This document shows, piece by piece, positions 1 through 8,665 of a stretch of DNA of 27,311 nucleotides. This DNA is from a virus (Duplodnaviria > Caudoviricetes). Each line of letters opens with the position of its first letter. Position 1 is the first letter of the stretch. Below the pieces are notes generated by a model. That model was not told the DNA's origin. It searched no databases and was given only the letters and a program-made list of their open reading frames with translations. A program made the translations under genes and the position numbers. The DNA lies in IMG/VR virus record IMGVR_UViG_3300049173_000058, positions 1-27,311 of that record, one strand, 5' to 3'.

Positions 1-223
1 GGATCGGGGGACAGAGATGGCTATAGAGCTACTGCGAACGACAGAGAGCAGTAGCAGAAGGGCGGCCCTCCCGAGGCCGCCCCTATATAAGGAATCTCTG
101 AAGGCCAGGGCTTAGAAGCCCTGGCTAGTAACAGGTCTATAGGAAGTGCAACGGCGGCCGGCAGGCCGCCTTTTCTAAGAGGGTGCCCCCCTCTCGAAAG
201 GGGGTACCCCCCTGCCTTACAGC

Positions 224-538
224 ATGTGCCCCCGTCATAAAAGGCTGCACCCCCTCGGGGAAGGGTGCCCCCTCTGCAAGGGTGCACCCCCTCGCAGACA
301 CAAGAGTAAGAACACTCGGAAGCCTGGGCTGTATGACTACCAATGGCAGAAGGCCAGGGCTGAAGCCATAAAGCTTCAGCCTTACTGTTCTTTCTGCGGT
401 ACCGATAAGGACCTAACCGGAGACCACATCCTTCCCTTGAAGGATGGAGGAACGAACACACTCGATAACATCCGTGTCCTATGTCGATCATGCAACACAC
501 GCAGAGAGAACGACTACCGAAAAGGCCGTAGGTACTAG
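224..538 (+). CDS. HNH endonuclease, terminase-associated (HK97 gp74-like)
   Basis: CSFCG...TGDHILPLKDGGTN...NIRVLCRSCN HNH/zinc motif; lies upstream of terS. An in-frame CTG at 212 after GAAAGGGGG may be the true start. Confidence 0.9.
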   Translation: MCPRHKRLHPLGEGCPLCKGAPPRRHKSKNTRKPGLYDYQWQKARAEAIKLQPYCSFCGTDKDLTGDHILPLKDGGTNTLDNIRVLCRSCNTRRENDYRKGRRY

Positions 539-708
539 GCACAGCACTTTCAAAAAGGTGCACCCCCTTGCCGCCCCTCCCAAGCACGCAGAGCACACCG
601 GCCATGCCGACAGGCATTAGGTCCAACTCTGCCTTTCACGTAGCCGCTGATCACACCAGACGAAGCACTGTCAAGCATCCTGGTTCAGCTTCTTCGGCTC
701 ATTTGAGA

Positions 709-765
709 CGGGAGGGGGGATCCGAAAGGATTCCGGCGCCCTTCCCCGCACCCGCCGCCTTCCCT
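709..765 (+). other. Candidate cos (cohesive end) region; possible 3' overhang core CGCCGCCTTC at 753-762
   Basis: Non-coding gap between HNH and terS, the usual cos position for HNH/P27-terS/HK97-portal phages. A G-run (GGGAGGGGGG) is followed about 35 nt later by CGCCGCC. Confidence 0.35.
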
Positions 766-929
766 CGGCGTGAGCGCGCGGGGGTTCGCCCGTGTTCGTG
801 GGAATGCGGATAGCTACGGTCGAGCGAGCATGCAACCGCCTAGGCCGTTGACCAGCGCGGATCTCTCCGCGTGAATTACAGAAACGTTTCCCAGAGAGGG
901 GAATTCCAGACCCGAGAGAGGTTGCAGAC

Positions 930-1388
930 ATGCCCGGACCGCCCCCGACCCCTTCGAAGCTGGTCGAGCTGAAGGGGAACCCCTCGAAGAAGAAGCTCAC
1001 GGCCGAGCCTGAGCCGACCAGGGGCGCGCCGAGGCCGCCCGCTGACTTGAAGGGTGAGGCCCTGGCCGAGTGGGGCCGCATCGTCCCCGAGCTTGACCGC
1101 CTGGGCCTTCTCACGAAGGTGGACCGGGCCTATCTCGTCGCCTACTGCGAAGCCTGGGCCACGTTCAACGCGGCCCGGGAAGCTATCGCCGAGTTCGGCC
1201 CGCTGGTAGCCGGCCGAGACGGCGGCATGGTCAAGAACCCGGCCGCTCAGGTCATGCGTGACGCGGCGGACATGATGTTGAAGTTCGGTAGCCGCTTCGG
1301 ACTGTCGCCTAGCGACCGTACGCGGCTCTCTGTGCCTTCCGGCACGGAAGACGGCCCCGATGCTCAGGTTCTCTCTCTCCTGAGCTAG
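930..1388 (+). CDS. terS: Terminase small subunit, P27 family
   Basis: MPGPPPTP..L..LKGNPSKK start, EWGRIVPEL, D...LVAYCEAW, KNPA, FGLSPSDRTRL signature. Confidence 0.95.
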   Translation: MPGPPPTPSKLVELKGNPSKKKLTAEPEPTRGAPRPPADLKGEALAEWGRIVPELDRLGLLTKVDRAYLVAYCEAWATFNAAREAIAEFGPLVAGRDGGMVKNPAAQVMRDAADMMLKFGSRFGLSPSDRTRLSVPSGTEDGPDAQVLSLLS

Positions 1389-1400
1389 GCGGGGCACACG

Positions 1401-1478
1401 GCCCCTCTCGCAGGGGCTAGGGGTTGAGCCCCCAGGTAGACCAGCGAAGGGCGGTCGCGGTCCCTGGGTGGCTCCCCT
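1401..1478 (+). ncRNA. Small hairpin plus ~60-nt rod-like hairpin upstream of the tRNA-like genes
   Basis: GCCCCT/AGGGGC at 1401-1417. Nested pairs AGGG/CCCT, GAGCC/GGCTC, CCCAGG/CCTGGG, GACC/GGTC and GCGA/TCGC span 1419-1478. Confidence 0.4.
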
Positions 1479-1481
1479 GAA

Positions 1482-1554
1482 GGGTTCCTAGCTCAGTTGG
1501 TAGAGCGTCGGCGTGAAATGCCGAAGGTCGGTGGTTCGAGTCCATCGGTTCCCA
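1482..1554 (+). tRNA. tRNA-Phe(GAA)-like, atypical (two U-U mismatches in acceptor stem, G32, no encoded CCA)
   Basis: GGGTTCC TA GCTC AGTTGGTA GAGC G TCGGC GTGAAAT GCCGA AGGTC GGTGG TTCGAGT CCATC GGTTCCC A cloverleaf; anticodon at 1515-1517. Confidence 0.85.
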
Positions 1555-1610
1555 CAGTGGGGTAGCTCCCCTGTTCCTGAAACTCCCCCTGATCAGGGGA
1601 CGGAAGGAAC

Positions 1611-1684
1611 GCGCACTTCGTCTAGCGGCCTAGGACTTCCCCGGTGAGGGGACAACGCGGGTTCGAATCCCGCAGTGCGCCCCA
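1611..1684 (+). tRNA. tRNA-like RNA with 5-nt anticodon loop (GGTGA, central GTG), Glu-like body, C discriminator, encoded CCA
   Basis: Perfect acceptor stem GCGCACT/AGTGCGC, D arm GTCTAGCGGCCTAGGAC, anticodon stem TCCCC/GGGGA, T arm GCGGG TTCGAAT CCCGC, then C-CCA. Confidence 0.8.
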
Positions 1685-1719
1685 ATACGTTTACACGTCT
1701 TCCCGAACGGGGTTCAGCA

Positions 1720-1995
1720 GTGACTCAGGTGACCAGCGCTTCGCGCGAGTATCGGTTCTTCTTCGCCGAGGACATCCCGACCGAGAGCTATCCGTTCTCC
1801 TCGGAAGTCGAGAGGACGCCCGAGCTGGATCAGGTCGCCGTCGACTACCTGAACGCAAAGCTTGCTCTCTACGCGGCCGTGAATCCGTCCCGCAACCTGA
1901 ACACGACGACTCTCGACTTCAGCGGCTCCGTGGTCGTGAGCGAGACGACCAGCGAGAGCGCGCGACTGCACCCGCTCGATGACTTCGGGCTGTAA
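1720..1995 (+). CDS. Hypothetical protein (~91 aa)
   Basis: GTG start after GGGG; high-GC3 codon usage; abuts the next gene. The ORF-track start at 1675 lies inside the tRNA. Confidence 0.75.
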   Translation: MTQVTSASREYRFFFAEDIPTESYPFSSEVERTPELDQVAVDYLNAKLALYAAVNPSRNLNTTTLDFSGSVVVSETTSESARLHPLDDFGL

Positions 1996-1998
1996 GCC

Positions 1999-2319
1999 GT
2001 GGCCGATCTGAAGAAGCGCCGTAGGCGTAGGCCGGCGGGGTGGCTCTCGCGTCGCGAGTACGCGCTGAAGCTTCGCTGCGATCAGTGGGGCGTCCCGTAC
2101 GAGAAGGTCAGTCGAGCGAAGGTCTTCAACCGTGACGGTTGGGTGTGTCAGCTCTGCGGCCAACCGATAGACAGGGTGATTCGGTTTCCGAAGCCGCTCA
2201 GTAAGTCTCTCGACCACATCGTTCCCCTGTCGCACGGCCCCGGTACTCCGGGGCACGTCGAGAGCAATTGCCAGGCTGCACACCTCGGCTGCAATAGCAG
2301 CAAGGGTAACCGCGTGTGA
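1999..2319 (+). CDS. HNH endonuclease (second copy)
   Basis: RDGWVCQLCG...SLDHIVPLS...GHVESNCQAAHLGCNSSKGNR. Confidence 0.92.
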   Translation: MADLKKRRRRRPAGWLSRREYALKLRCDQWGVPYEKVSRAKVFNRDGWVCQLCGQPIDRVIRFPKPLSKSLDHIVPLSHGPGTPGHVESNCQAAHLGCNSSKGNRV

Positions 2320-2379
2320 GTGAATCCCCGGCTTAACCGGTCTTTGGGATATGCAAAGACGACGAACCGGGGGTGAGCG

Positions 2380-4119
2380 ATGAACGAGGGAATCGTCTCG
2401 TCGCCCTTCGGTCCCGTCGATGCGCGTGAAGGCTTCTTCTTCTATGACGAGAAGAAGGCCACGCACGCAATCAACTTCATTGAAAAGCTGATCGTCCACA
2501 CGAAGGGCCGTCATGCTGGCGCGCCCTTCATTCTCGATCCTTGGCAGAAGGACGAGATCATACGGCCGCTCTTCGGAACGGTCATGTGGGATGACCAGTA
2601 CAACGAATACGTTCGCCAGTACCGCATAGCGTGGCTCGAAATGGCACGCAAGAACGGGAAGTCGGAACTCCTTTCCGCGTTCGCCCTTCTCGGCCTGGTG
2701 GGCGACTTCGAAGAATCCGCCGAGGTCTACTCGGTCGCGGCTGACCGCGATCAGGCAGGGTTGGTCTACAGCACTGCGAAGCGCATGGTCGAGCTGAACC
2801 CGATCCTCTCGAAGCGACTCGAAATCATCGACTCGAAGAAGCGGATCATCGACCGGAAGACGAACAGCTTCTATCAGGTCTTGCCCGGCGACGCTGCGGG
2901 CGCCCTCGGAACGAACCCTTCAATGGTTCTTTTCGATGAGGTTCTGACACAGCGGGACAGGCACCTTTGGGATGCCATGCGACAGGGCTTCGGTACCCGT
3001 CGACAGCCGATCATGATTGCCGCGACAACGGCGGCATATCGAACCGCGGCCTTCGCCCTCGAAGAGCACGAACACTCTCTTCGTGTTCGCGAGGATCAGA
3101 ACATGGACCCGGCGCGATTCGTGTTCGCGCGGAACGTTCCCGATGACTGGGATTGGAAGGACGAAGGCAAACCGCCCTCGGCCGAACACCCGAAGGGGAC
3201 GGGTTGGTACCTGGCGAATCCCGCCCTCGGTTCCTTCCTGAACATCAACAACCTTCGGGCCGAGGCCATGGAAGCGGCGGAGAAGCCGACGGCTCAGAAC
3301 AGCTTCCGAGTCTTCCGCCTGAATCAGTGGGTGTCTCAGGCGAACCGGTGGCTCGACATGCACCTGTGGGACGAGAACGGATCGCTGAAGGTCGACCGGG
3401 AACGGCTTAAGGGCCGCCCCTGTTACGCGGGTATCGACCTGGCCGCTACGGGCGACTTTAACGCCTGGGTGTTGCTCTTCCCCGGTAGCCCTACCGACCC
3501 CGAGGCCGAAGGCTGGACGGTGCTTCCGCACTTCTGGGTTCCTCGGCCGGCGGTCGAGAAGCGAAGCGCCATGAAGTCGAGCTTCGAGGTTTGGGAGCGT
3601 GAGGGTTTCCTTACGGTGACCGAGGGGCCGACTACGGACTTCAAGGCCATCTTCCGGCGCATCGCCGAGGATGCCGAGACGTTCCGAATCCGCTTCTTCG
3701 GCTATGACCCGTGGAACGCGACTCAGCTTGTGAACGAGCTGGAGGAACACGGCCTTACGGCCGTGAAGGTTCCGCAGAGTGCCGCTCGACTCAATGACCC
3801 GAGTAAGGCGATCGAGTCCGCCCTAGCGGGCCGTGAGCTGCACCACGGCGGTCACCCGGTGCTGCGTTGGATGGCGGACAACGTCGAGCTTGACGTTACC
3901 GGCGACGGTTTGGTGAAGCCTTCTAAGGCGAAGAGTGGCGAGAAGATCGACGGTATCGCGGCTCTCGCTAACGCCTTCTTCCTTACGGCCCTTCCGGCCG
4001 ATGAAGAGGTTCATGTGACCTTCGTGAACTTCAACGAAGAGTATTCGGATTCCGAGTTGGAATCGCTTCTTACCCCTGCCGCTCGGCAGAAGGACTTCTT
4101 CCTAGAAGACGACGATTAG
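2380..4119 (+). CDS. terL: Terminase large subunit (HK97/P27-type)
   Basis: Walker A ARKNGKS, Walker B VLFDE, nuclease motifs GIDLA, YDPWNA, KIDG. Confidence 0.97.
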   Translation: MNEGIVSSPFGPVDAREGFFFYDEKKATHAINFIEKLIVHTKGRHAGAPFILDPWQKDEIIRPLFGTVMWDDQYNEYVRQYRIAWLEMARKNGKSELLSAFALLGLVGDFEESAEVYSVAADRDQAGLVYSTAKRMVELNPILSKRLEIIDSKKRIIDRKTNSFYQVLPGDAAGALGTNPSMVLFDEVLTQRDRHLWDAMRQGFGTRRQPIMIAATTAAYRTAAFALEEHEHSLRVREDQNMDPARFVFARNVPDDWDWKDEGKPPSAEHPKGTGWYLANPALGSFLNINNLRAEAMEAAEKPTAQNSFRVFRLNQWVSQANRWLDMHLWDENGSLKVDRERLKGRPCYAGIDLAATGDFNAWVLLFPGSPTDPEAEGWTVLPHFWVPRPAVEKRSAMKSSFEVWEREGFLTVTEGPTTDFKAIFRRIAEDAETFRIRFFGYDPWNATQLVNELEEHGLTAVKVPQSAARLNDPSKAIESALAGRELHHGGHPVLRWMADNVELDVTGDGLVKPSKAKSGEKIDGIAALANAFFLTALPADEEVHVTFVNFNEEYSDSELESLLTPAARQKDFFLEDDD

Positions 4120-4126
4120 GAGATTC

Positions 4127-4318
4127 ATGGACCGGCCCAACCTGGGCCGCTCTCTCCGGTCGGTCGCTAATTCGTTTGTCCCGAACGTCTTTCAGGTGGG
4201 CAGCCTCGGCTTCATTTCCGTTGCTGCCTACGACGTTGCGCGCCCTCTCGGGCACTTCGCGGTGGCCGTGTGCCTCGGGCTTATCGGTTACGCGACGGAC
4301 GGGGGCAAGCGGCAGTGA
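4127..4318 (+). CDS. Small membrane protein preceding portal
   Basis: SD AGGAG; two hydrophobic segments; TGA overlaps the portal GTG (GTGA). Confidence 0.75.
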   Translation: MDRPNLGRSLRSVANSFVPNVFQVGSLGFISVAAYDVARPLGHFAVAVCLGLIGYATDGGKRQ

Positions 4319-5661
4319 GCCTGTTTACACGCATCGGTCATGAGGTTCGCGCGGCTATGTCGGGCCTCGCCTCTGACTGGGAACGGGACGTCGAGTCCTC
4401 GGGGTATCTGCGTACGGCCTCGGGCCGGAAGGTGTCCCGCCGGAACAGTCTTCAGATGGTGGCGGTATACGCCTGTCAGTCCCTCATTGGGGACGCGGTG
4501 GCGTCCCTTCCGGTCGACCACTACACGAAGATTAGCGGGCGGAAGGAAACGTTCGATCCCATCCGTTCCCCGCGCTGGATACGTCAGCCGAACCCTTTCC
4601 AGACCTCTTACGAGTTTTGGTTCCGCGTGATCATCAGTCTTCTGACTGACGGCAACGCGTTCATCTACACGCTTCGGAATGACCGTGGCGAAGTGGCCGC
4701 GCTGTACTGCATGCATCCGCAGTACGTGAACATTCTCGACGGTCCGTTGGGTGATAACCGGTACGAGGTGAGCGACGATAACGGCGCGGTTCACGGCGTC
4801 CTCGATCGCTCTCAGCTTCTCCACATTCCGGCCTTCACCGTTCCCGGTGCTAGCCGTGGCCTGTCGCCTATCGACATGGCCCGAGAGGCTATCGGCCTGG
4901 GGCTGGTCGCCGAGGAATTCGGTTCCCGCTTCTTCGAGCAGGGAACGACGATGGCCGGCGTCATCGAGCACCCGGGCACCCCTCGGCCGGACGAAGCGCG
5001 ACTTCTTCGCGACATGTTCCGGAAGACGCACGCGGGAGTGAAGAACTCCCATTCGGTCGGCGTCCTTACCGGCGGTGCCCAGTTCAAGCCGATCACGCTT
5101 TCCCCGGAACAGGCTCAGTTCTTGGAGACGCGACGGTTCCAGAAGACAGAGATTGCGCTTCTGTACCGCGTGCCCGCGTACCTGGTCGACAGCTCGGTTA
5201 GCTCGACCTGGGGGACCGGAATCGAGGAACAGAACAAGTTCTTCGTAGACCAAACGCTGATGCCGTGGATTGTTCGCATCGAACAGGCGGTGTCCACGTT
5301 CCTCCTTCCTGGCCTTCAGTACATCCGCTTCAACGTGGACGCTCGACTTCGAGCGAAGACGAAGGACCGGTACGAGGCTTATCAGACGGCGCTCAATAAC
5401 GGCTTCCTGAACGCGGACGAGATTCGCGCAATGGAAGACCTGGCCCCGCTTCCGAAGAAGCTCGGTCAGCGCTACTACCGGCCCTTGAATCTCGGCGTCG
5501 TGGGCGACGAAGAGAAGGCCAAGGAAGAGAAGAAGGCCCAGGCCGGCCCGCCGGTTGCTCCGGTGCCCCCGGTTGTCCCTGATCCGAACGCGGACCCGAA
5601 CGCACAACAGGACCCGAACGCTACGGATCAGAAGGACGACCAGAATGCAGATGGAGCGTAG
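4315..5661 (+). CDS. Portal protein, HK97 family
   Basis: AVYAC..LI...VASLP, QPNPFQT, GNAF, GLSPI, AQFLETRRFQ..EIA.LYRVP, NADEIRAMEDL; Pro/Asp-rich C-terminal tail. Confidence 0.96.
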   Translation: MSLFTRIGHEVRAAMSGLASDWERDVESSGYLRTASGRKVSRRNSLQMVAVYACQSLIGDAVASLPVDHYTKISGRKETFDPIRSPRWIRQPNPFQTSYEFWFRVIISLLTDGNAFIYTLRNDRGEVAALYCMHPQYVNILDGPLGDNRYEVSDDNGAVHGVLDRSQLLHIPAFTVPGASRGLSPIDMAREAIGLGLVAEEFGSRFFEQGTTMAGVIEHPGTPRPDEARLLRDMFRKTHAGVKNSHSVGVLTGGAQFKPITLSPEQAQFLETRRFQKTEIALLYRVPAYLVDSSVSSTWGTGIEEQNKFFVDQTLMPWIVRIEQAVSTFLLPGLQYIRFNVDARLRAKTKDRYEAYQTALNNGFLNADEIRAMEDLAPLPKKLGQRYYRPLNLGVVGDEEKAKEEKKAQAGPPVAPVPPVVPDPNADPNAQQDPNATDQKDDQNADGA

Positions 5662-6331
5662 GGCAGTCCCTACCGAATTTGAGGTTCGATCCGAGGGCGG
5701 GAAGTTCAACTTCTACGGCTATGCGCTGAAGTGGGACGCCCGTTCCTCGAACCTCGGGGGCTTTCGTGAGCGAGTCGCCCAGGGGGCGACTTCCGAGAGC
5801 ATCACGCGCGATGACATTCGAGCGCTCTTCAACCATGACCCGAACCTGATCCTCGGCCGGAACCGATCCGGCACGCTGCGGCTTTCCGAGGACTCGAACG
5901 GGCTTCACTACGAAGTCGACATGCCCGACACGACTTATGCCCGCGACCTGGCCACGGCCATGGAGCGCGGAGACGTCAGTCAGTCGAGCTTCGGCTTCAA
6001 GACTTCCGGACCGGACGGCGATTCCTGGGCCGAGGACGAAGACGGGTTCCCGCTTCGGACTCTTCAGAAGGTCGCCCTGTTCGACGTCTCGCCGGTTACC
6101 TACCCGGCTTACGCCGACTCCACTTCGGGTGTCGGTTCCCGTGCTCTTGAGCTTCTGGCCGAGAAGCGCGGTCTTTCTGTAGCGCGGCTGGATTCGCCGG
6201 AAGCGATCCGGGCCGCTATTCGGGGCGAGTTCGAAGTTCCGGCGCTCACGACTGAAGCGCGGACCAACTTCCCCCGTTACGAGCTTCCTACCGATCCGGT
6301 GGCGGCTCTCGCGGCTCTTCGTCGCTTCTAG
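5645..6331 (+). CDS. Prohead (capsid maturation) protease, HK97 family
   Basis: GYA, FRERV..GA, ALFNHD...ILGR, SSFGF, DVSPVTYPAY motifs; ATG after AAGGA. Confidence 0.95.
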   Translation: MQMERRAVPTEFEVRSEGGKFNFYGYALKWDARSSNLGGFRERVAQGATSESITRDDIRALFNHDPNLILGRNRSGTLRLSEDSNGLHYEVDMPDTTYARDLATAMERGDVSQSSFGFKTSGPDGDSWAEDEDGFPLRTLQKVALFDVSPVTYPAYADSTSGVGSRALELLAEKRGLSVARLDSPEAIRAAIRGEFEVPALTTEARTNFPRYELPTDPVAALAALRRF

Positions 6332-6360
6332 CAGATCTGTAACTATCATTTGGAGCGTTC

Positions 6361-7545
6361 ATGGACTTCGCGTCCGTTGCTAAGGCTGCGCTGGAGAAGC
6401 GAGCCAACCTGATTTCCGAGCTTCGCTCTGTCGAGGCTGACACGTCCCTGTCCGAGGCCGAGAAGCGCGAACGCGTCGAGCGAATCGACGTCGACGTTCG
6501 CGGCCTGGAGGTCGAGGCCCGAGAGGCTGTCGAGCGTGGCGAGCGTGAGGCCGAGGTTCGCTCCCTCGCGCAGCGGGCCGGCGGCCTTCTCCTGCCGGGT
6601 TCCCCCGAGGCTCGCCAGGGCGAGCGTGACGAGGCAGCCGAGCTTCGCGCGGTCGCGCGTGGCGACATGCCGGGCGTCGACTTCGACCTTCGTACCGCGA
6701 CCAGCGGCACCCCCGCGAACGCGGGCAACACCTACGCGAACACCTTCGTGGCTCAGGTCATCGAGGCCATGCGCGTTCGCTCCGAGTTCTTCTCGAAGGC
6801 TCGCACCCTCACCACGGGTTCCGGCGAGACGATCGAGTACCCGGTGAAGAACGGCCGCCCGACGGCCGCGCAGGTGGGCGAGAACACGGCCTACGGCAAG
6901 AGCGACGGTTCTTGGACCAAGACGAACATCGGCGCGTACAAGTACGGCGTGATCGTCGAGGCGACTCAGGAAATCGTCGATGACTCGCAGCTCGACATTC
7001 TCGGCATCCTCGCCGAGGACGCGGGCGAGGCTGTCGCCGACAAGGTGATGGCTGACCTTCTCGTCGGCAACGGCACCGGTAAGCCGTGGGGCTGGATCAC
7101 CCGCGCTACCGGCGGCGTGAACGCGGCTTCCCTGGGCGCGGTCACCACGAACGACCTGATCGACCTTCAGCACTCCATCCTGAAGCCGTACCGACGGAAC
7201 GCGGTCTTCATGACCTCGGACCAGGCGGTGCAGAACCTTCGGAAGCTGAAGGACACGACCGGTAACTACATCTGGCAGCCGGCTCTCACCGCTGGTGCCC
7301 CGGACACGATCCTTGGCACCGCGATCATGACCGACCCGAACGTCGTCACCTCTGGTGCGGGCGCGAAGGTCCTGGTCTACGGCGACCCCTCGAAGTACCT
7401 GATCCGTCAGGCGAAGTCGCTCCGTGTCGTCCGCTCGGACGAGTACGGCTACGACCGTGACGTGGTCGCGTTCAAGGTCACCTGGCGCGGTTCCGGCGAC
7501 CTCTTCGACCTGGCTTCCGTCAAGGCTCTGACCGTCACCGGCTAA
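6361..7545 (+). CDS. Major capsid protein, HK97 fold with N-terminal delta domain
   Basis: Coiled-coil N-terminus; LRKLKDTTGNYIWQP, TILG, YGD..Y motifs; follows the protease. Confidence 0.96.
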   Translation: MDFASVAKAALEKRANLISELRSVEADTSLSEAEKRERVERIDVDVRGLEVEAREAVERGEREAEVRSLAQRAGGLLLPGSPEARQGERDEAAELRAVARGDMPGVDFDLRTATSGTPANAGNTYANTFVAQVIEAMRVRSEFFSKARTLTTGSGETIEYPVKNGRPTAAQVGENTAYGKSDGSWTKTNIGAYKYGVIVEATQEIVDDSQLDILGILAEDAGEAVADKVMADLLVGNGTGKPWGWITRATGGVNAASLGAVTTNDLIDLQHSILKPYRRNAVFMTSDQAVQNLRKLKDTTGNYIWQPALTAGAPDTILGTAIMTDPNVVTSGAGAKVLVYGDPSKYLIRQAKSLRVVRSDEYGYDRDVVAFKVTWRGSGDLFDLASVKALTVTG

Positions 7546-7552
7546 TCGGTAT

Positions 7553-7580
7553 GAGGGGCCGCCCTTCGGGGCGGCCCCTC
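7553..7580 (+). terminator. 12-bp hairpin after capsid gene (terminator or stabiliser)
   Basis: GAGGGGCCGCCC-TTCG-GGGCGGCCCCTC; no strong U tract. Confidence 0.7.
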
Positions 7581-7603
7581 GGTCATTCCCCATGGGAGAT
7601 CAG

Positions 7604-7822
7604 ATGAAGGTTCGCATTCTTGAGAACGGGTCGGGGCTTCTCGACGGCAGGCCGTTCCCCTCTATCGGCGATGAGGTCGAGCTTCCTACGGGACTCGCTA
7701 TCTCGCTGATCAATGACAAGCGCGCGGAAGCTGTGGCCGAGACGGCCGCGGAGACGCGCGAGACGGCCGCTGAAGCGGCCCCCGAGAAGCGCGGCCCCGG
7801 TAGGCCGCGGAAGGCCGCGTAA
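7604..7822 (+). CDS. Small head-associated protein
   Basis: SD GGAGA before ATG 7604; basic tail KRGPGRPRK; typical position after the capsid gene. Confidence 0.8.
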   Translation: MKVRILENGSGLLDGRPFPSIGDEVELPTGLAISLINDKRAEAVAETAAETRETAAEAAPEKRGPGRPRKAA

Positions 7823-7831
7823 GGGGTTGCT

Positions 7832-8665
7832 GTGCGGTTTCTGAGCGGTAGGGCCGTCAAGCTGCGGCACACCTTCCTTGACGACGAAACGCCTCTGGTC
7901 GTCCCTGCCGTGTCGGTGACCGTGCGGGACGCTGCGGGCGCGACCGTTTACACGGGTTCGGCGGCCAGCTCGGGAGACGAGTGGTCGGCCACCCTCCCGG
8001 CACAGGCCGAGGGCGTTTACACGGCCGAGTGGCAGGCCGGCGCAGAGGCGACGGACCGGACCACCTTCGAGGTAGTCGGCGGGTTCCTGTTCACCCTGCC
8101 CGAAGCACGTCAGTCGGACATGGACCTTGAAGACTCAACCCGCTTTCCGACGGCCGAACTTCGGCACTACCGGGACGTGGTGGAAGACGAGTTCGAGGCG
8201 ATCACGGGCCGATCCTTCGTGCCGCGTACAGCGCGCGTCGAGGTCGAGGCGGACGGTTCGCGGACGCTCTTCCTGGGCTACTTCGATGCAACGGCCGTGA
8301 CGGCCGTGGACGGCCCTTCTGGGCCTGTCGACGTGACGGGTTGGGCGGTCGACGCTACGGGCTTCCTGAAGGCCCCCTTCGAGCTGGTCGAGGGCGACCG
8401 GTACTGCGTCACGGTGACGTACGGCCTGGGCCAGGTGCCCGAGGACGTGAAGCGCGCGGGTCTGATCCGGCTTCGGTCCGTCCTCACGGCGGAGCGGTCC
8501 GGCATCCCGGACCGGGCTACGGCCTTCGTGGCCGCCGAGGGCGGAAATTACACGTTGGCCACTGCGGGCCGGAACGGTTGGGAAACCGGCATCCCCGAGG
8601 TCGACGCGGTTCTGAAGCGGTACAAGTACACGATCTTTAACGACGTGTTCGGGGTGGCCCGATGA
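7832..8665 (+). CDS. Head-to-tail adaptor with beta-rich (Ig-like) N-terminal domain
   Basis: VTYGL..VPEDVKRA and TGIPEVDAVLKRY are adaptor-like motifs; synteny. Confidence 0.75.
   Translation: MRFLSGRAVKLRHTFLDDETPLVVPAVSVTVRDAAGATVYTGSAASSGDEWSATLPAQAEGVYTAEWQAGAEATDRTTFEVVGGFLFTLPEARQSDMDLEDSTRFPTAELRHYRDVVEDEFEAITGRSFVPRTARVEVEADGSRTLFLGYFDATAVTAVDGPSGPVDVTGWAVDATGFLKAPFELVEGDRYCVTVTYGLGQVPEDVKRAGLIRLRSVLTAERSGIPDRATAFVAAEGGNYTLATAGRNGWETGIPEVDAVLKRYKYTIFNDVFGVAR

Noticed and set aside
1419-1478. Rod hairpin as SRP (4.5S) RNA
   Set aside because: Lacks the CAGG..GGAA..AGCA domain IV motif.
1482-1684. tRNAs as a prophage attachment boundary
   Set aside because: Both sides are phage packaging genes; no integrase or duplicated tRNA 3' end in the window.
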